Source of the DNA: an uncultured bacterium | GTDB lineage: Bacteria; Babelota; Babeliae; Babelales; Babelaceae | DNA length: 64,000 nucleotides | Reading direction: 5' to 3' | NCBI GenBank assembly: GCA_963848965.1 | Contig: CAWKFG010000004.1 | Coordinates: forward strand, 288,001 to 352,000 | Shown: in pieces, positions 28,743 to 38,151 of the stretch | Numbering within the stretch: the first letter of the stretch is position 1 | Layout of the letters: each line of letters starts with the position of its first letter | Made by a program: the position numbers and the translations under genes | The notes under the pieces: generated by a model | The model's input: only the letters and a program-made list of their open reading frames with translations | Database searches by the model: none | What the model was told of the DNA's origin: nothing

Positions 28743-29723
28743 CTATAATTCTGGTACATGAGCTTGTGGTTTACGCCAACTACCGGCCCACCAATGTATT
28801 GCAAGAGTTTCAGGTTTAGAAACTTTGCCTTTTAATACCGTTGCTATAGGATAGCCTAAGTGTTTCGCTTGATGAAAACCAAGTGGATAAAAGAATGTTG
28901 GAGGAAAGATAATATTTCTATGTTGACTCTTAACCCCATATTCCCAAACTACACCACTTAAAAATGCAGGCCCAGTTTTAAATATTATCATATTCTGTTC
29001 CTCTTGCGTTACTCCAGAGCGCAATAGAGTCCACCTATTTTTTAATTTCTTTATATAGCCTTTTACAATAGGATGACCAGGAACAGAGGCAATGAGAGCA
29101 TTATTTACAGATACTTTACGCAAATCTAGTGGCTCAAGTCCTGCATAAAAATCATATGCTTTATGTAAGGTAGTAAACATTTCAGGATTAAGGCATTCAA
29201 AGTCTACATCAACATAAAGGCCACCAAATCTTTCAAGGATCTCCATACGTGCAATATCCGAGCGTTGTCCATAGTTTTTAGATGCATCATAAATACTCTT
29301 ATTTACGAGATTGAGCTTTTCTATATCTTTATCGGTCCACAGTTTGTATTCCCATCCTGGAATTGATTGCCACGTTTGCTGCCATTTTCTATATTTCTCT
29401 GGAAAGGGACTACCAAGCCATATTTGATGCACTATAAGAGGAATACACGGTCTACTTTTAATCGTTGTATTTGTTAGCCTATTCTCTTCATAAAGATCTT
29501 TACAAAATTGATAAAATGCAGAAACTGGTTTTGGACATTCCTCTTCTTTATCTCTCCACGGTAACCTACCATATCTTAAAGAGTTTATTAATGGCCAATA
29601 AAACCTTCCAAAATATGAATCTCCTTTTCCTAAAGAGATTTCAAAAGAAGGACTGTGATCTTGCAAGCTTGCGCCTAATTCAAATGAGATACCAGTCAAA
29701 AAGACTAATAAACGTTTCTTCAT
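28743..29723 (-). CDS. DxD glycosyltransferase (GT32-like) with signal peptide, paralog 3
   Basis: Motifs IPLIVHQIWLG, RSDIAR, GGLYVDVDFEC; signal peptide MKKRLLVFLTGISFELGA. Confidence 0.85.
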   Translation of the reverse strand: MKKRLLVFLTGISFELGASLQDHSPSFEISLGKGDSYFGRFYWPLINSLRYGRLPWRDKEEECPKPVSAFYQFCKDLYEENRLTNTTIKSRPCIPLIVHQIWLGSPFPEKYRKWQQTWQSIPGWEYKLWTDKDIEKLNLVNKSIYDASKNYGQRSDIARMEILERFGGLYVDVDFECLNPEMFTTLHKAYDFYAGLEPLDLRKVSVNNALIASVPGHPIVKGYIKKLKNRWTLLRSGVTQEEQNMIIFKTGPAFLSGVVWEYGVKSQHRNIIFPPTFFYPLGFHQAKHLGYPIATVLKGKVSKPETLAIHWWAGSWRKPQAHVPEL

Positions 29724-29994
29724 GTTCTCCTTTTACTCGTTAAACCTTTCTTCGTATAAAAGCTATGTACTCCCGGATTAGTATTTTTGATTTTAACATC
29801 TTGGGCTTACTGTACCTTTAACCTTTTTACAAGGTCAAGAGATTGTTGACTTCATTGATTCTAGCAGTGTCTAAGCAATCAACAAGATACAACAATTTTT
29901 TAGGTAACGATTTACTCTATACTTTTCTTTTTCGTATCATTAGAAATACTGAAAATTCGTTTTATCTATGAAAGAGTTTACTAAGGATATAGCA

Positions 29995-32499
29995 ATGAAC
30001 AGTGTAAATCTCTATAAATACACAACTTTTTCACCACATACGTTAGAAAAAGAGTTCTCTACTTCTTTGCAAGATGGACTTTTTCAAGCAGAAGTACTTA
30101 AACGCCAACGGATTTATGGCCTTAATACTATTGAGCAAAAATCACCTTCTTGGTATAGAGTATTTTTTCGTCAGATAAATACCTCTTTTACCTACTTACT
30201 AGCACTAGCAGGTATTATCTCGTTTGCTGTCCATGATGCTACAAATGGTAGCATTATTCTGCTGACTATTGCTATCAATAGCTTCTTAGGATTTTTTCAA
30301 GAATATAAAGCAGAGCAGTCACTTAGGCTCTTGAGAAGACACCTTATAAGTAAAGTTACCGTTTTACGCAATGGCATTTTTATATCTGTTGAAAGCACTG
30401 AGCTTGTCCCTGGTGATATACTACACCTTGCAGCAGGAGACCGGATACCTGCTGACGTTCGATTCCTTACTGCTACAAGCCTTACTGTTAATGAATCTTC
30501 GCTTACTGGTGAATCTGTACCTGTACAAAAAATAGCTTCACCTCTACCAGCTTCTGCACAAACAGTCTATGAAGGGACTAATATAGGTTTCTTGGGTACT
30601 CTTGTTACTTCTGGATCAAGTACTGCACTAGTTATAACAACAGGTTCTCAAACAGTGTTTGGCTCAATAAGCACGCTTAGCTTAACAGCACAGCATACAA
30701 GTACTTTTCAAACAGATCTTGCCAAACTGAGCACATTCCTCCTTGTTACTGCTCTCATTACTATTATTGCACTTTTTGTATCACATTTTTTGCTTAAAGG
30801 CATGCATACCGATTGGGCCCAACTTCTTTTGTTTGCTCTAGCACTTACAGTAGGCCTTGCTCCTGAAGCTCTCCCTACTGTTACCACATTCGCGCTCTCA
30901 CAAGGAGCATTGCAACTTGCTCATCATAACGTTGTTGTAAGACGTCTTTCTTCTATAGAAGATCTTGGCGCTATCAATCTTTTGTGTACAGATAAAACAG
31001 GAACGCTTACAGAAAATACACTTACGGTAACAGAACTCTACCCCGTTAACAGAGCTCCTCTTCTACTGCATGCTCTTTTAGCCTCTAAAAAAGAGCATGT
31101 AACTGAACCGTTTGATCAAGCATTATGGGCAGCAGCTACAGACTCAGATAAAGAGCAAGAAAATCATTATATACGTATAAAAGAAGTTCCCTTTGATCCA
31201 CATAAACGACGCAATGTCGTTCTTGTTAAAAATGATGATTATCTTCTTATTGTACGAGGCGCCTATGAAGAGCTCATTACACATACACAACCTTTTAAAG
31301 AGCAAGAAGCTTTAGAAAAGTGGATACAATCTCAAGCTCAACAAGGAAATCGCAGTATTGCTCTTGCATATAAGCATCTTTCTACGCTCGCTGAAGATAT
31401 AGAGAAAGAGCTCTGTGACCTAACCTTTGCAGGAGTAATAGCATTTAATGATCCTATTAAATCAAGTGCTATGCATGCAGTAACTCAAGCGCAAAGATTC
31501 GGTATTATTATAAAAATGCTTACAGGAGACAGTAAAGAAGTCGCCTGTGCAGTCGCTCAGCATATTGGCCTTACTACTACGCCTGAATGTGCTCTTACAG
31601 GAGCTACGTTTGAGGGACTTTCTTCTGCTCAACAAGAACAAGCAGTGAAAGACTATACTGTATTTGCTCGTGTTACTCCTGAACAAAAATATCGCATTGT
31701 TTCTCTTTTATGCAGATATAACACAGTTGGATTTCTTGGAGAAGGTATTAATGATGCACCAGCACTTAAAAGCTCTCATGTAGCACTTGTTGTTCAGCAT
31801 GCAAGTGATCTTGCAAAAGAGAATGCAGACATTGTGCTTCTTAAAAAGAGTCTTAATGTTATTATCGAAGGAATCATTTTGGGAAGACAAATATTTTCTA
31901 ACACTACTAAATATCTCCTTGCTACCTTATCCTCTAATTTCGGCAACTCATATTCTATCGCTATTGCTTCACTTTTTGTACCTTTCTTGCCAATGCTTCC
32001 GCTACAAATTTTGCTTGTTAATCTCCTTTCTGATTTCCCTATGATTTCTATAGCAACTGATACAGTAGAGCCCAAAGAAGTAAAAAAGCCTACTGCTTTT
32101 AATCTTAAAACACTTACTTTTATGATGATTGTGTTAGGACTTATAAGCTCTATCTTTGATTTTATTATATTTGGTCTTTTTTACCGACAAGGAGCACTTG
32201 TTTTACAAACGAATTGGTTTATTGCAAGTATCCTCACAGAACTTGTTCTTATTTTTTCTATCCGCACAAAACAACCTTTTTATAAAGCTACGGCACCTTC
32301 ACGCACGCTCATGCTTTCTTCAGTCATAGCTTTTATTCTTACACTTATTATTCCTCTTACAAGCTGGGGGCAACAAGTTTTTCACCTTCATGCTCCAACA
32401 AAAACGGAGTACTTTATTATTATATCTATAGTGTGCTCTTACTTTATAATCACTGAGTTAGCAAAGCTTTTCTATTATCGCTTGAAAAATCATAGTTGA
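29995..32499 (+). CDS. mgtA: P-type cation ATPase, Mg2+-importing MgtA-like
   Basis: Motifs TGES, PEALP, DKTGTLT, TGD, FARVTPEQK, GINDAP, SSNFGN. Confidence 0.8.
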   Translation: MNSVNLYKYTTFSPHTLEKEFSTSLQDGLFQAEVLKRQRIYGLNTIEQKSPSWYRVFFRQINTSFTYLLALAGIISFAVHDATNGSIILLTIAINSFLGFFQEYKAEQSLRLLRRHLISKVTVLRNGIFISVESTELVPGDILHLAAGDRIPADVRFLTATSLTVNESSLTGESVPVQKIASPLPASAQTVYEGTNIGFLGTLVTSGSSTALVITTGSQTVFGSISTLSLTAQHTSTFQTDLAKLSTFLLVTALITIIALFVSHFLLKGMHTDWAQLLLFALALTVGLAPEALPTVTTFALSQGALQLAHHNVVVRRLSSIEDLGAINLLCTDKTGTLTENTLTVTELYPVNRAPLLLHALLASKKEHVTEPFDQALWAAATDSDKEQENHYIRIKEVPFDPHKRRNVVLVKNDDYLLIVRGAYEELITHTQPFKEQEALEKWIQSQAQQGNRSIALAYKHLSTLAEDIEKELCDLTFAGVIAFNDPIKSSAMHAVTQAQRFGIIIKMLTGDSKEVACAVAQHIGLTTTPECALTGATFEGLSSAQQEQAVKDYTVFARVTPEQKYRIVSLLCRYNTVGFLGEGINDAPALKSSHVALVVQHASDLAKENADIVLLKKSLNVIIEGIILGRQIFSNTTKYLLATLSSNFGNSYSIAIASLFVPFLPMLPLQILLVNLLSDFPMISIATDTVEPKEVKKPTAFNLKTLTFMMIVLGLISSIFDFIIFGLFYRQGALVLQTNWFIASILTELVLIFSIRTKQPFYKATAPSRTLMLSSVIAFILTLIIPLTSWGQQVFHLHAPTKTEYFIIISIVCSYFIITELAKLFYYRLKNHS

Positions 32500-32593
32500 G
32501 CACAGCTAGAACGACATAAACGCACTACTTCTGCATAGCACTTGCTATAAGCACAAGGAATATGGTACCATCTGGTACAAAAAGGGAGAAAAT

Positions 32594-33037
32594 ATGGTAC
32601 AAGAATTTGAAATTGTTCCTCATACTGCAGATCTTAAAATACGAGCTTATGGAACTACACTCCAAGAACTTTTTCGTAATGCTCTCAAGGGTATGTTTAG
32701 TAGTATCAAACCACAAGGACCTCGTATTACCTACAAAGGAGAGCTGCCTGAAGTCCGTCACTTTACAGCTGAACATGAAGTTGTTGTACATTCTGCAAAT
32801 AGAGAATTATTGCTTATTGATTTTCTTTCTGAATGCCTTTATCTTTCAGATATACACAATGAAGCGTATTTTGATACACGCTTTAAAACATTTAATGACA
32901 CAGAGCTTGCAAGCACTATTTATGGAGTAGAGATAACAGGCTTTGAAGAAGTAGAAATCAAAGCAGTCACCTATCACGACCTTGAAATGCAAGAGATAGA
33001 GGGTGTCTGGCAAGTAACTATTGTATTTGATATATGA
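32594..33037 (+). CDS. Archease
   Basis: Motifs FE..PHTAD...AYG and EIKAVTYH...VFDI. Confidence 0.95.
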   Translation: MVQEFEIVPHTADLKIRAYGTTLQELFRNALKGMFSSIKPQGPRITYKGELPEVRHFTAEHEVVVHSANRELLLIDFLSECLYLSDIHNEAYFDTRFKTFNDTELASTIYGVEITGFEEVEIKAVTYHDLEMQEIEGVWQVTIVFDI

Positions 33038-33050
33038 AGAAAGATATACT

Positions 33051-34505
33051 ATGTATTCGCTACCAACTATTCATGACTTAATTAAAGTTCACAATGCACT
33101 ATTTGAGATACCGCGTACCTACAGACAAGACATGCGAGTTCCTGCACGCGTTTTTCTGAGCGAAACTATGCTCCAAGATGTTTTAGAAGACTCTTCATTG
33201 CTACAAATTGTTAATGTAGCTACTTTGCCAGGTATTCAAAAATATGCGCTTGCAATGCCCGACATTCACCAAGGGTATGGTTTTCCTATCGGCGGTGTTG
33301 CTGCACTATCTGTAGAAAAGGGAGTTATCTCACCAGGTGGCATTGGTTATGATATTAATTGTGGAGTACGATTACTTGCAGCAAGTATATCAGCACAAGA
33401 GATAAAAAAGTATCTCGATAAGTTAGCAACTGAGCTGTTTTATGCAGTACCTTCTGGAGTCGGTCGTGGTGGCAGACTTAAAATTAAAGGAAATGAGCTT
33501 GATAAAGTGCTCAGAGATGGTGCTTATCATATGCTCGGTGCAGGATATGGATTGCCAGGGGACCTTGAACATTGTGAAGAAAGTGGTCGCATGCGCGAAG
33601 CAGATCCAGCTATGGTAAGCGATAAAGCTAAAAATAGAGGGCACGATCAACTAGGCACTTTAGGATCCGGAAATCACTTTCTTGAAGTACAAGAAGTTAA
33701 AGAGATTTATAATAAAGACGTTGCTCGTGTCTTTGGTCTTGAAGAAGGAATGGTCACTGTCATGATTCACTGCGGCTCTCGAGGGTTAGGGCACCAAACG
33801 TGTACTGATTATGTACGAGAAATGGTTCCTCAGCTTGATAGATGGAATATAGTATTACCAGATAAAGAGCTTGCATGTGCTCCTTTCACTTCAAAAGAAG
33901 GACAAAACTATTATAAAGCAATGTGTGCATCTGCTAACTTTGCTTGGGCAAATAGACATGTTATTGGCCATTGGACCCGTGAGACATTCAAGAAAGTTCT
34001 TGGATCAACTGTTAACCTCAGGACTGTGTATGATGTGTCACACAATATTGGCAAAAAAGAAAAGCATCTCATAGAAGGAAAACTTACTGAAGTTATTGTA
34101 CACAGAAAAGGCGCAACCAGAGCCTTTGGTCCCCATAGACCTGAAGTACCCTCAGAATATCAAGCTACAGGACACCCTGTATTAATCCCTGGCACTATGG
34201 GCACTTCATCATATGTGCTTGTAGGAACAGAAAAGGGTATGGAGCACGCATTCGGATCGTGCTGTCATGGTGCAGGTAGAAAGATGTCACGTATGAAAGC
34301 AAAGAAATCAGTGCGTGGCAGTACTCTACGCCAAGAATTAGAAGCACGAGGTATACTTATCCGTTGCGAATCAGATCCTGGCCTAGCAGAAGAAGCTCCT
34401 CTTGCTTACAAAGATGTTGATGATGTAGTACAAGTAGTGGAGCATGCTCATCTTGCTCAAAGAGTAGCTCGGCTTATTCCTCTTGCTGTTATTAAAGGTG
34501 GATGA
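33051..34505 (+). CDS. rtcB: RtcB RNA ligase (long, archaeal/eukaryotic-like type)
   Basis: Motifs MPDIHQGYGFPIGG, GYDINCG, GTLGSGNHF, HCGSRG, HRKGAT, HGAGR, EEAP.AYK. Confidence 0.95.
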   Translation: MYSLPTIHDLIKVHNALFEIPRTYRQDMRVPARVFLSETMLQDVLEDSSLLQIVNVATLPGIQKYALAMPDIHQGYGFPIGGVAALSVEKGVISPGGIGYDINCGVRLLAASISAQEIKKYLDKLATELFYAVPSGVGRGGRLKIKGNELDKVLRDGAYHMLGAGYGLPGDLEHCEESGRMREADPAMVSDKAKNRGHDQLGTLGSGNHFLEVQEVKEIYNKDVARVFGLEEGMVTVMIHCGSRGLGHQTCTDYVREMVPQLDRWNIVLPDKELACAPFTSKEGQNYYKAMCASANFAWANRHVIGHWTRETFKKVLGSTVNLRTVYDVSHNIGKKEKHLIEGKLTEVIVHRKGATRAFGPHRPEVPSEYQATGHPVLIPGTMGTSSYVLVGTEKGMEHAFGSCCHGAGRKMSRMKAKKSVRGSTLRQELEARGILIRCESDPGLAEEAPLAYKDVDDVVQVVEHAHLAQRVARLIPLAVIKGG

Positions 34506-35071
34506 GCTGCAGGAACTGCTTCTTTTGCATTGTTCATAAGTGCTTTTATTGCAAGAGCATTTATATACCGCTCATTAAGACTACAAAGCTGCTGAATACT
34601 TGATTGTATAAGCATACTACCATAAGCAAAACTTACTCCTGCAAGTGCTATTATAAGTGTATTATACCTATGTGGCTGCGGTACTTCTACGGTACTATCA
34701 CCAGCAAAAAAAGCCCATATATTTGCAGATAAAGGATCATCAAAAAATGAATACTCTGCAAGATTCATCCCCTTATATAACCATTGCATAGAAGAAAATA
34801 CTTGTATACCTAAATAAAGTAGCGTTAGGCCACAGGCCCCTTCTAAGAGCGGTCCTTTTCTTGCATACCACGGTTTATTACGTTCTACTTCAATAATACG
34901 GTCAATAATATTAATAAGTTCTCTTTTTTTATCCCGTTTGAGTGAACACAATATTTTAAATTCACTTTCAACTTGTTCTCTATTAACCTCTTGTATTGCT
35001 CGTGTAAGAGAATCAAAGGCACAAAGAGGCCACGAACTCATATATAAAAAGAGCATTATAAACCATTTCAC
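34457..35071 (-). CDS. Exported membrane hypothetical protein (paralog of 35068..35637)
   Basis: Signal peptide and two TM segments, RYINALAIKALM; 3' end overlaps rtcB antisense by 49 nt. Confidence 0.65.
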   Translation of the reverse strand: MKWFIMLFLYMSSWPLCAFDSLTRAIQEVNREQVESEFKILCSLKRDKKRELINIIDRIIEVERNKPWYARKGPLLEGACGLTLLYLGIQVFSSMQWLYKGMNLAEYSFFDDPLSANIWAFFAGDSTVEVPQPHRYNTLIIALAGVSFAYGSMLIQSSIQQLCSLNERYINALAIKALMNNAKEAVPAAHPPLITARGISRATL

Positions 35072-35637
35072 GATTCATCCTCACTAAGATCTATACATTT
35101 TGCTTCTGGGCATTCTTGGATAAGTGTCTTCATTGCAAGTGCTTTAGTATAGCGAGGGCTATCTTGCCAGAGTTTGAACATGCCTTGTACAAAATGAGCA
35201 AGACCATATCCGGCAAGCATCCCCGAAGCTGCAACAAGCGTAGTATTTACAGATACTTGTGTTTGCGGACTATCTTCTATTACTGCTTGTCCTTCAAAAA
35301 ATGCATCAATATTCTTATACCACGGATGTGCTTTAGTAAAAGGAATAGTTGAAAAATAGTAGCATGAAGCACATAAGAGAGGAATACTTATAACAATACG
35401 AGCAATACCATCATACTTGCGGTGCCATATATTATTTTCTGCTTCCTGCATAATAATATCATCAGCTACTTTTAAAAACTCTTTCTTTATATTCTTCATT
35501 AAAGAACTTTGTTTGATGAGTTCAGCTTCAAGCTTTACAAGATCAAAAGCACCCATAGCTTGTAATATAGCCTTATTATCACTCTTTATAAAAGGCACAT
35601 ACCATACTATAAGGCCCATAAGCACAACTTTATACAT
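35068..35637 (-). CDS. Exported membrane hypothetical protein
   Basis: Signal peptide and two TM segments, RYTKALAMKTLI. Confidence 0.65.
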   Translation of the reverse strand: MYKVVLMGLIVWYVPFIKSDNKAILQAMGAFDLVKLEAELIKQSSLMKNIKKEFLKVADDIIMQEAENNIWHRKYDGIARIVISIPLLCASCYYFSTIPFTKAHPWYKNIDAFFEGQAVIEDSPQTQVSVNTTLVAASGMLAGYGLAHFVQGMFKLWQDSPRYTKALAMKTLIQECPEAKCIDLSEDES

Positions 35638-35800
35638 TACCTTCCTCTGGCTTTTCTAGTTCTGTGCTCTCCAGTGTATTGTGTTTACCCCTCTTTTGTA
35701 AATAAAAATATGATTACCATACTATTTTGTTTCATTGAAGTACTTGCTCATTATGGTATTCTTGAGGAAAATCTTTTTCATTTTGAGCATCATAAAAACC

Positions 35801-36334
35801 ATGAGACTATTTGTTAGCATTCAACTGCCAGAGCCTGTTATAGAACAAATCATTCGTATTGAAAAAGTTCTTCTATCCCAAGATCTTTTTATTGGCACTC
35901 GAGTAAAGCCAGAGCAATTGCATAGTACCTTACTGTTTCTTGGCAATAAAGATGAGCAGGAATTGTCAGAAATCATACAAAAGCTTGCAACTATTAAGTA
36001 TAGTCAATTTATAGCATCTCTTGGTACTTTAGAAGTAAATTCATGGAGACATCCTCATGTTCTGTGGCTTACCCTCTGCTCACCACTCCTACACGAGCTA
36101 ACACACTTGATTCATACCTGCTTGGGTTATCAAGAAGAACGGGCCTTCAAACCGCACATAACACTCTTTCGCCTTAAAAAAATACTTGCTACACAGAAGC
36201 TACAAGAAATAATACACACTATAACTATTGAGCAAAACACGTGGATCGTAACAGAATTTACGCTACAACAATCAGAATTGCATACCAAAGGCACACGCTA
36301 TACAGTCCTTGAATCGTTTAAACTTACCATCTAA
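35801..36334 (+). CDS. thpR: RNA 2',3'-cyclic phosphodiesterase (2H phosphoesterase)
   Basis: MRLFVSI start, two HxT motifs (LHSTLLFLG and FKPHITL), C-terminal S.L...G..Y. Confidence 0.9.
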   Translation: MRLFVSIQLPEPVIEQIIRIEKVLLSQDLFIGTRVKPEQLHSTLLFLGNKDEQELSEIIQKLATIKYSQFIASLGTLEVNSWRHPHVLWLTLCSPLLHELTHLIHTCLGYQEERAFKPHITLFRLKKILATQKLQEIIHTITIEQNTWIVTEFTLQQSELHTKGTRYTVLESFKLTI

Positions 36335-36356
36335 GGTACTATCTAAAGATCTCTTA

Positions 36357-37085
36357 TTATATAAGAAGAGCTGTATAACGTAAGAAAAGGTTTCTTATAA
36401 ATATCTTTGAACTTCCTGGCATAGGAGGATAGGCGCGGGCATTATCTAAAAGTTCTATAACAGAGGAAGCAAAACCAGCTTTATCTTTATCTTGTTTCTT
36501 AATACTTTCTTTTAAAGCAGTTGTCCAATAGTTATAGACTTGATCAAGAAAATCGAGCATGTCCCATTCACCTACTTTTATTCGTTCAAGCTCTTTACTA
36601 AACTCAGCAAGTTGTATCTGCGTACTTGTAAAGAATGGAAGTAATGAGTATGTATCAGTACCCAAAGATGAATCAAAAGCCTTCAAGATACAACGAGAGC
36701 TAATAGTAGGTAAAATGCCTTCTCTACGTTCTGCAAGTAGTATAAAATGGTATCCTCGAGGAGGCTCCTCAAGAGACTTTAGCATGCTATTAGCACATGC
36801 AGGTGTTAACAGCTCTGCCTGATTAAGCACAAAAAAGAGATGTTCATTTTCATTTAAAGCAAAAGCGAGTGTTTTAAAGATCATATCAAGCGTTGCAAGT
36901 GTATAACCAGTCTCTGGAGTTATCCACCGAACTAAATAGTGTTGCTCATCTTCAACTCCTCTACAGGTAAAACAGCTATTACAGGTATTTTGAGAGCATA
37001 AAATACCTTTTATAAATTCTTTACATGCTTTTTTTATCTTGTGTGATGGCCCTACGTATAAATAAGCAGGATGAAGCTGTATCAT
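36357..37085 (-). CDS. holB: DNA polymerase III delta' subunit
   Basis: Zn module C..C..C, ANSMLKSLEEPP, LPTISSRC; adjacent to tmk. Confidence 0.85.
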   Translation of the reverse strand: MIQLHPAYLYVGPSHKIKKACKEFIKGILCSQNTCNSCFTCRGVEDEQHYLVRWITPETGYTLATLDMIFKTLAFALNENEHLFFVLNQAELLTPACANSMLKSLEEPPRGYHFILLAERREGILPTISSRCILKAFDSSLGTDTYSLLPFFTSTQIQLAEFSKELERIKVGEWDMLDFLDQVYNYWTTALKESIKKQDKDKAGFASSVIELLDNARAYPPMPGSSKIFIRNLFLRYTALLI

Positions 37086-37723
37086 AAAGAACCTTTACGA
37101 GCTTTTAAAGCAGAAAGTACATGTGAAATCGCTTCTCGTATTACACTTTCTAAGGGCTGCGTACCATCTATAGTTATAACATTTGTTCTTTCCTTAAAGA
37201 TTGTCTCAAAGCCATGTATAATACGCTCAAAAAAAGTAGCTTTTTCTTTTTCAAAAGAGGTCATCACTTCATTCCGTTTTTGTAACCGTTCTTGAGCAGT
37301 AGGATAATCAACTTTAATGTACAGAGTAAGATCAGGAACTCTACTTTTCATTGTCCATGCATTTACCTGAGCAATAAACTGTTCATCAAGCCCTCTGCCA
37401 AATCCCTGGTACGCACGTGAAGAATCTGCCATGCGATCAGAAATAACAATCATTCCTCGCGATAATGCAGGCTCTACTACCTCACACATATGCTGCGCTC
37501 TGTCTGCAGCGAAAAGCAAAAATTCTGCTTCTGAACAAACTGCAAATGGCCGTTCATGAAGCAACGCTCTCAACTGTTTTCCGAGCGCTGTTGCTCCGGG
37601 CTCTTTAGTAAGCAGCACGGGATACTGACACTTTGAAAGCTCTTCAAAAAGCGCTCGTGCTACTGAACTCTTGCCAGAACCATCGATACCCTCTATGGTA
37701 AGTAAGAAGCCGGTGTTACCCAT
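37082..37723 (-). CDS. tmk: Thymidylate kinase
   Basis: Motifs IEGIDGSGKS, KEPG, LFAADRAQH, SDR..DSS.AYQG. Confidence 0.95.
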   Translation of the reverse strand: MGNTGFLLTIEGIDGSGKSSVARALFEELSKCQYPVLLTKEPGATALGKQLRALLHERPFAVCSEAEFLLFAADRAQHMCEVVEPALSRGMIVISDRMADSSRAYQGFGRGLDEQFIAQVNAWTMKSRVPDLTLYIKVDYPTAQERLQKRNEVMTSFEKEKATFFERIIHGFETIFKERTNVITIDGTQPLESVIREAISHVLSALKARKGSL

Positions 37724-37949
37724 ATATCTCCGTTAGTATGAAAGAAAATTATATAGTATAATTATACTAAGTTTTATAGTATTGAGTAAGCTACAGAGTA
37801 GTAAGATATAAGCCGTAAGTATTGTATGCTTATTCATGTAGGTTACCGTTATAATTGTTTAACAAGCGCTCTCTTTTTGTCGGCTATAGATGTAGACAAA
37901 GACTAATGTGCCTGTAAAGGCATAGTTTTCGCGCTTCTTGGAGTTAAAA

Positions 37950-38135
37950 ATGAAAAAAGTAGTTATCGATCCAGGATGTATCACGTGTGGAGCATGTGAA
38001 TTTATTGCTCCTGAAGTGTTTGAAGTTACTGATCTATCGCATGTAAAAAAAGATGCAGATCTTAAAAAGTACTGCCAAAAAATAAAAGATGCTGCTTGTG
38101 CATGCCCCGTAAATGTTATAAAATACGAAGAATGA
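37950..38135 (+). CDS. Single-cluster ferredoxin
   Basis: CITCGAC...P.VF....A...CP..I. Confidence 0.9.
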   Translation: MKKVVIDPGCITCGACEFIAPEVFEVTDLSHVKKDADLKKYCQKIKDAACACPVNVIKYEE

Positions 38136-38151
38136 TATACAGGAGAGTAGA

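Noticed and set aside
11546..29723. Ordinary O-antigen/capsule operon
   Set aside because: No wzx/wzy/wzm/wzt or sugar-nucleotide genes, mixed strands, and signal peptides throughout. Such genes could still lie elsewhere in the genome.
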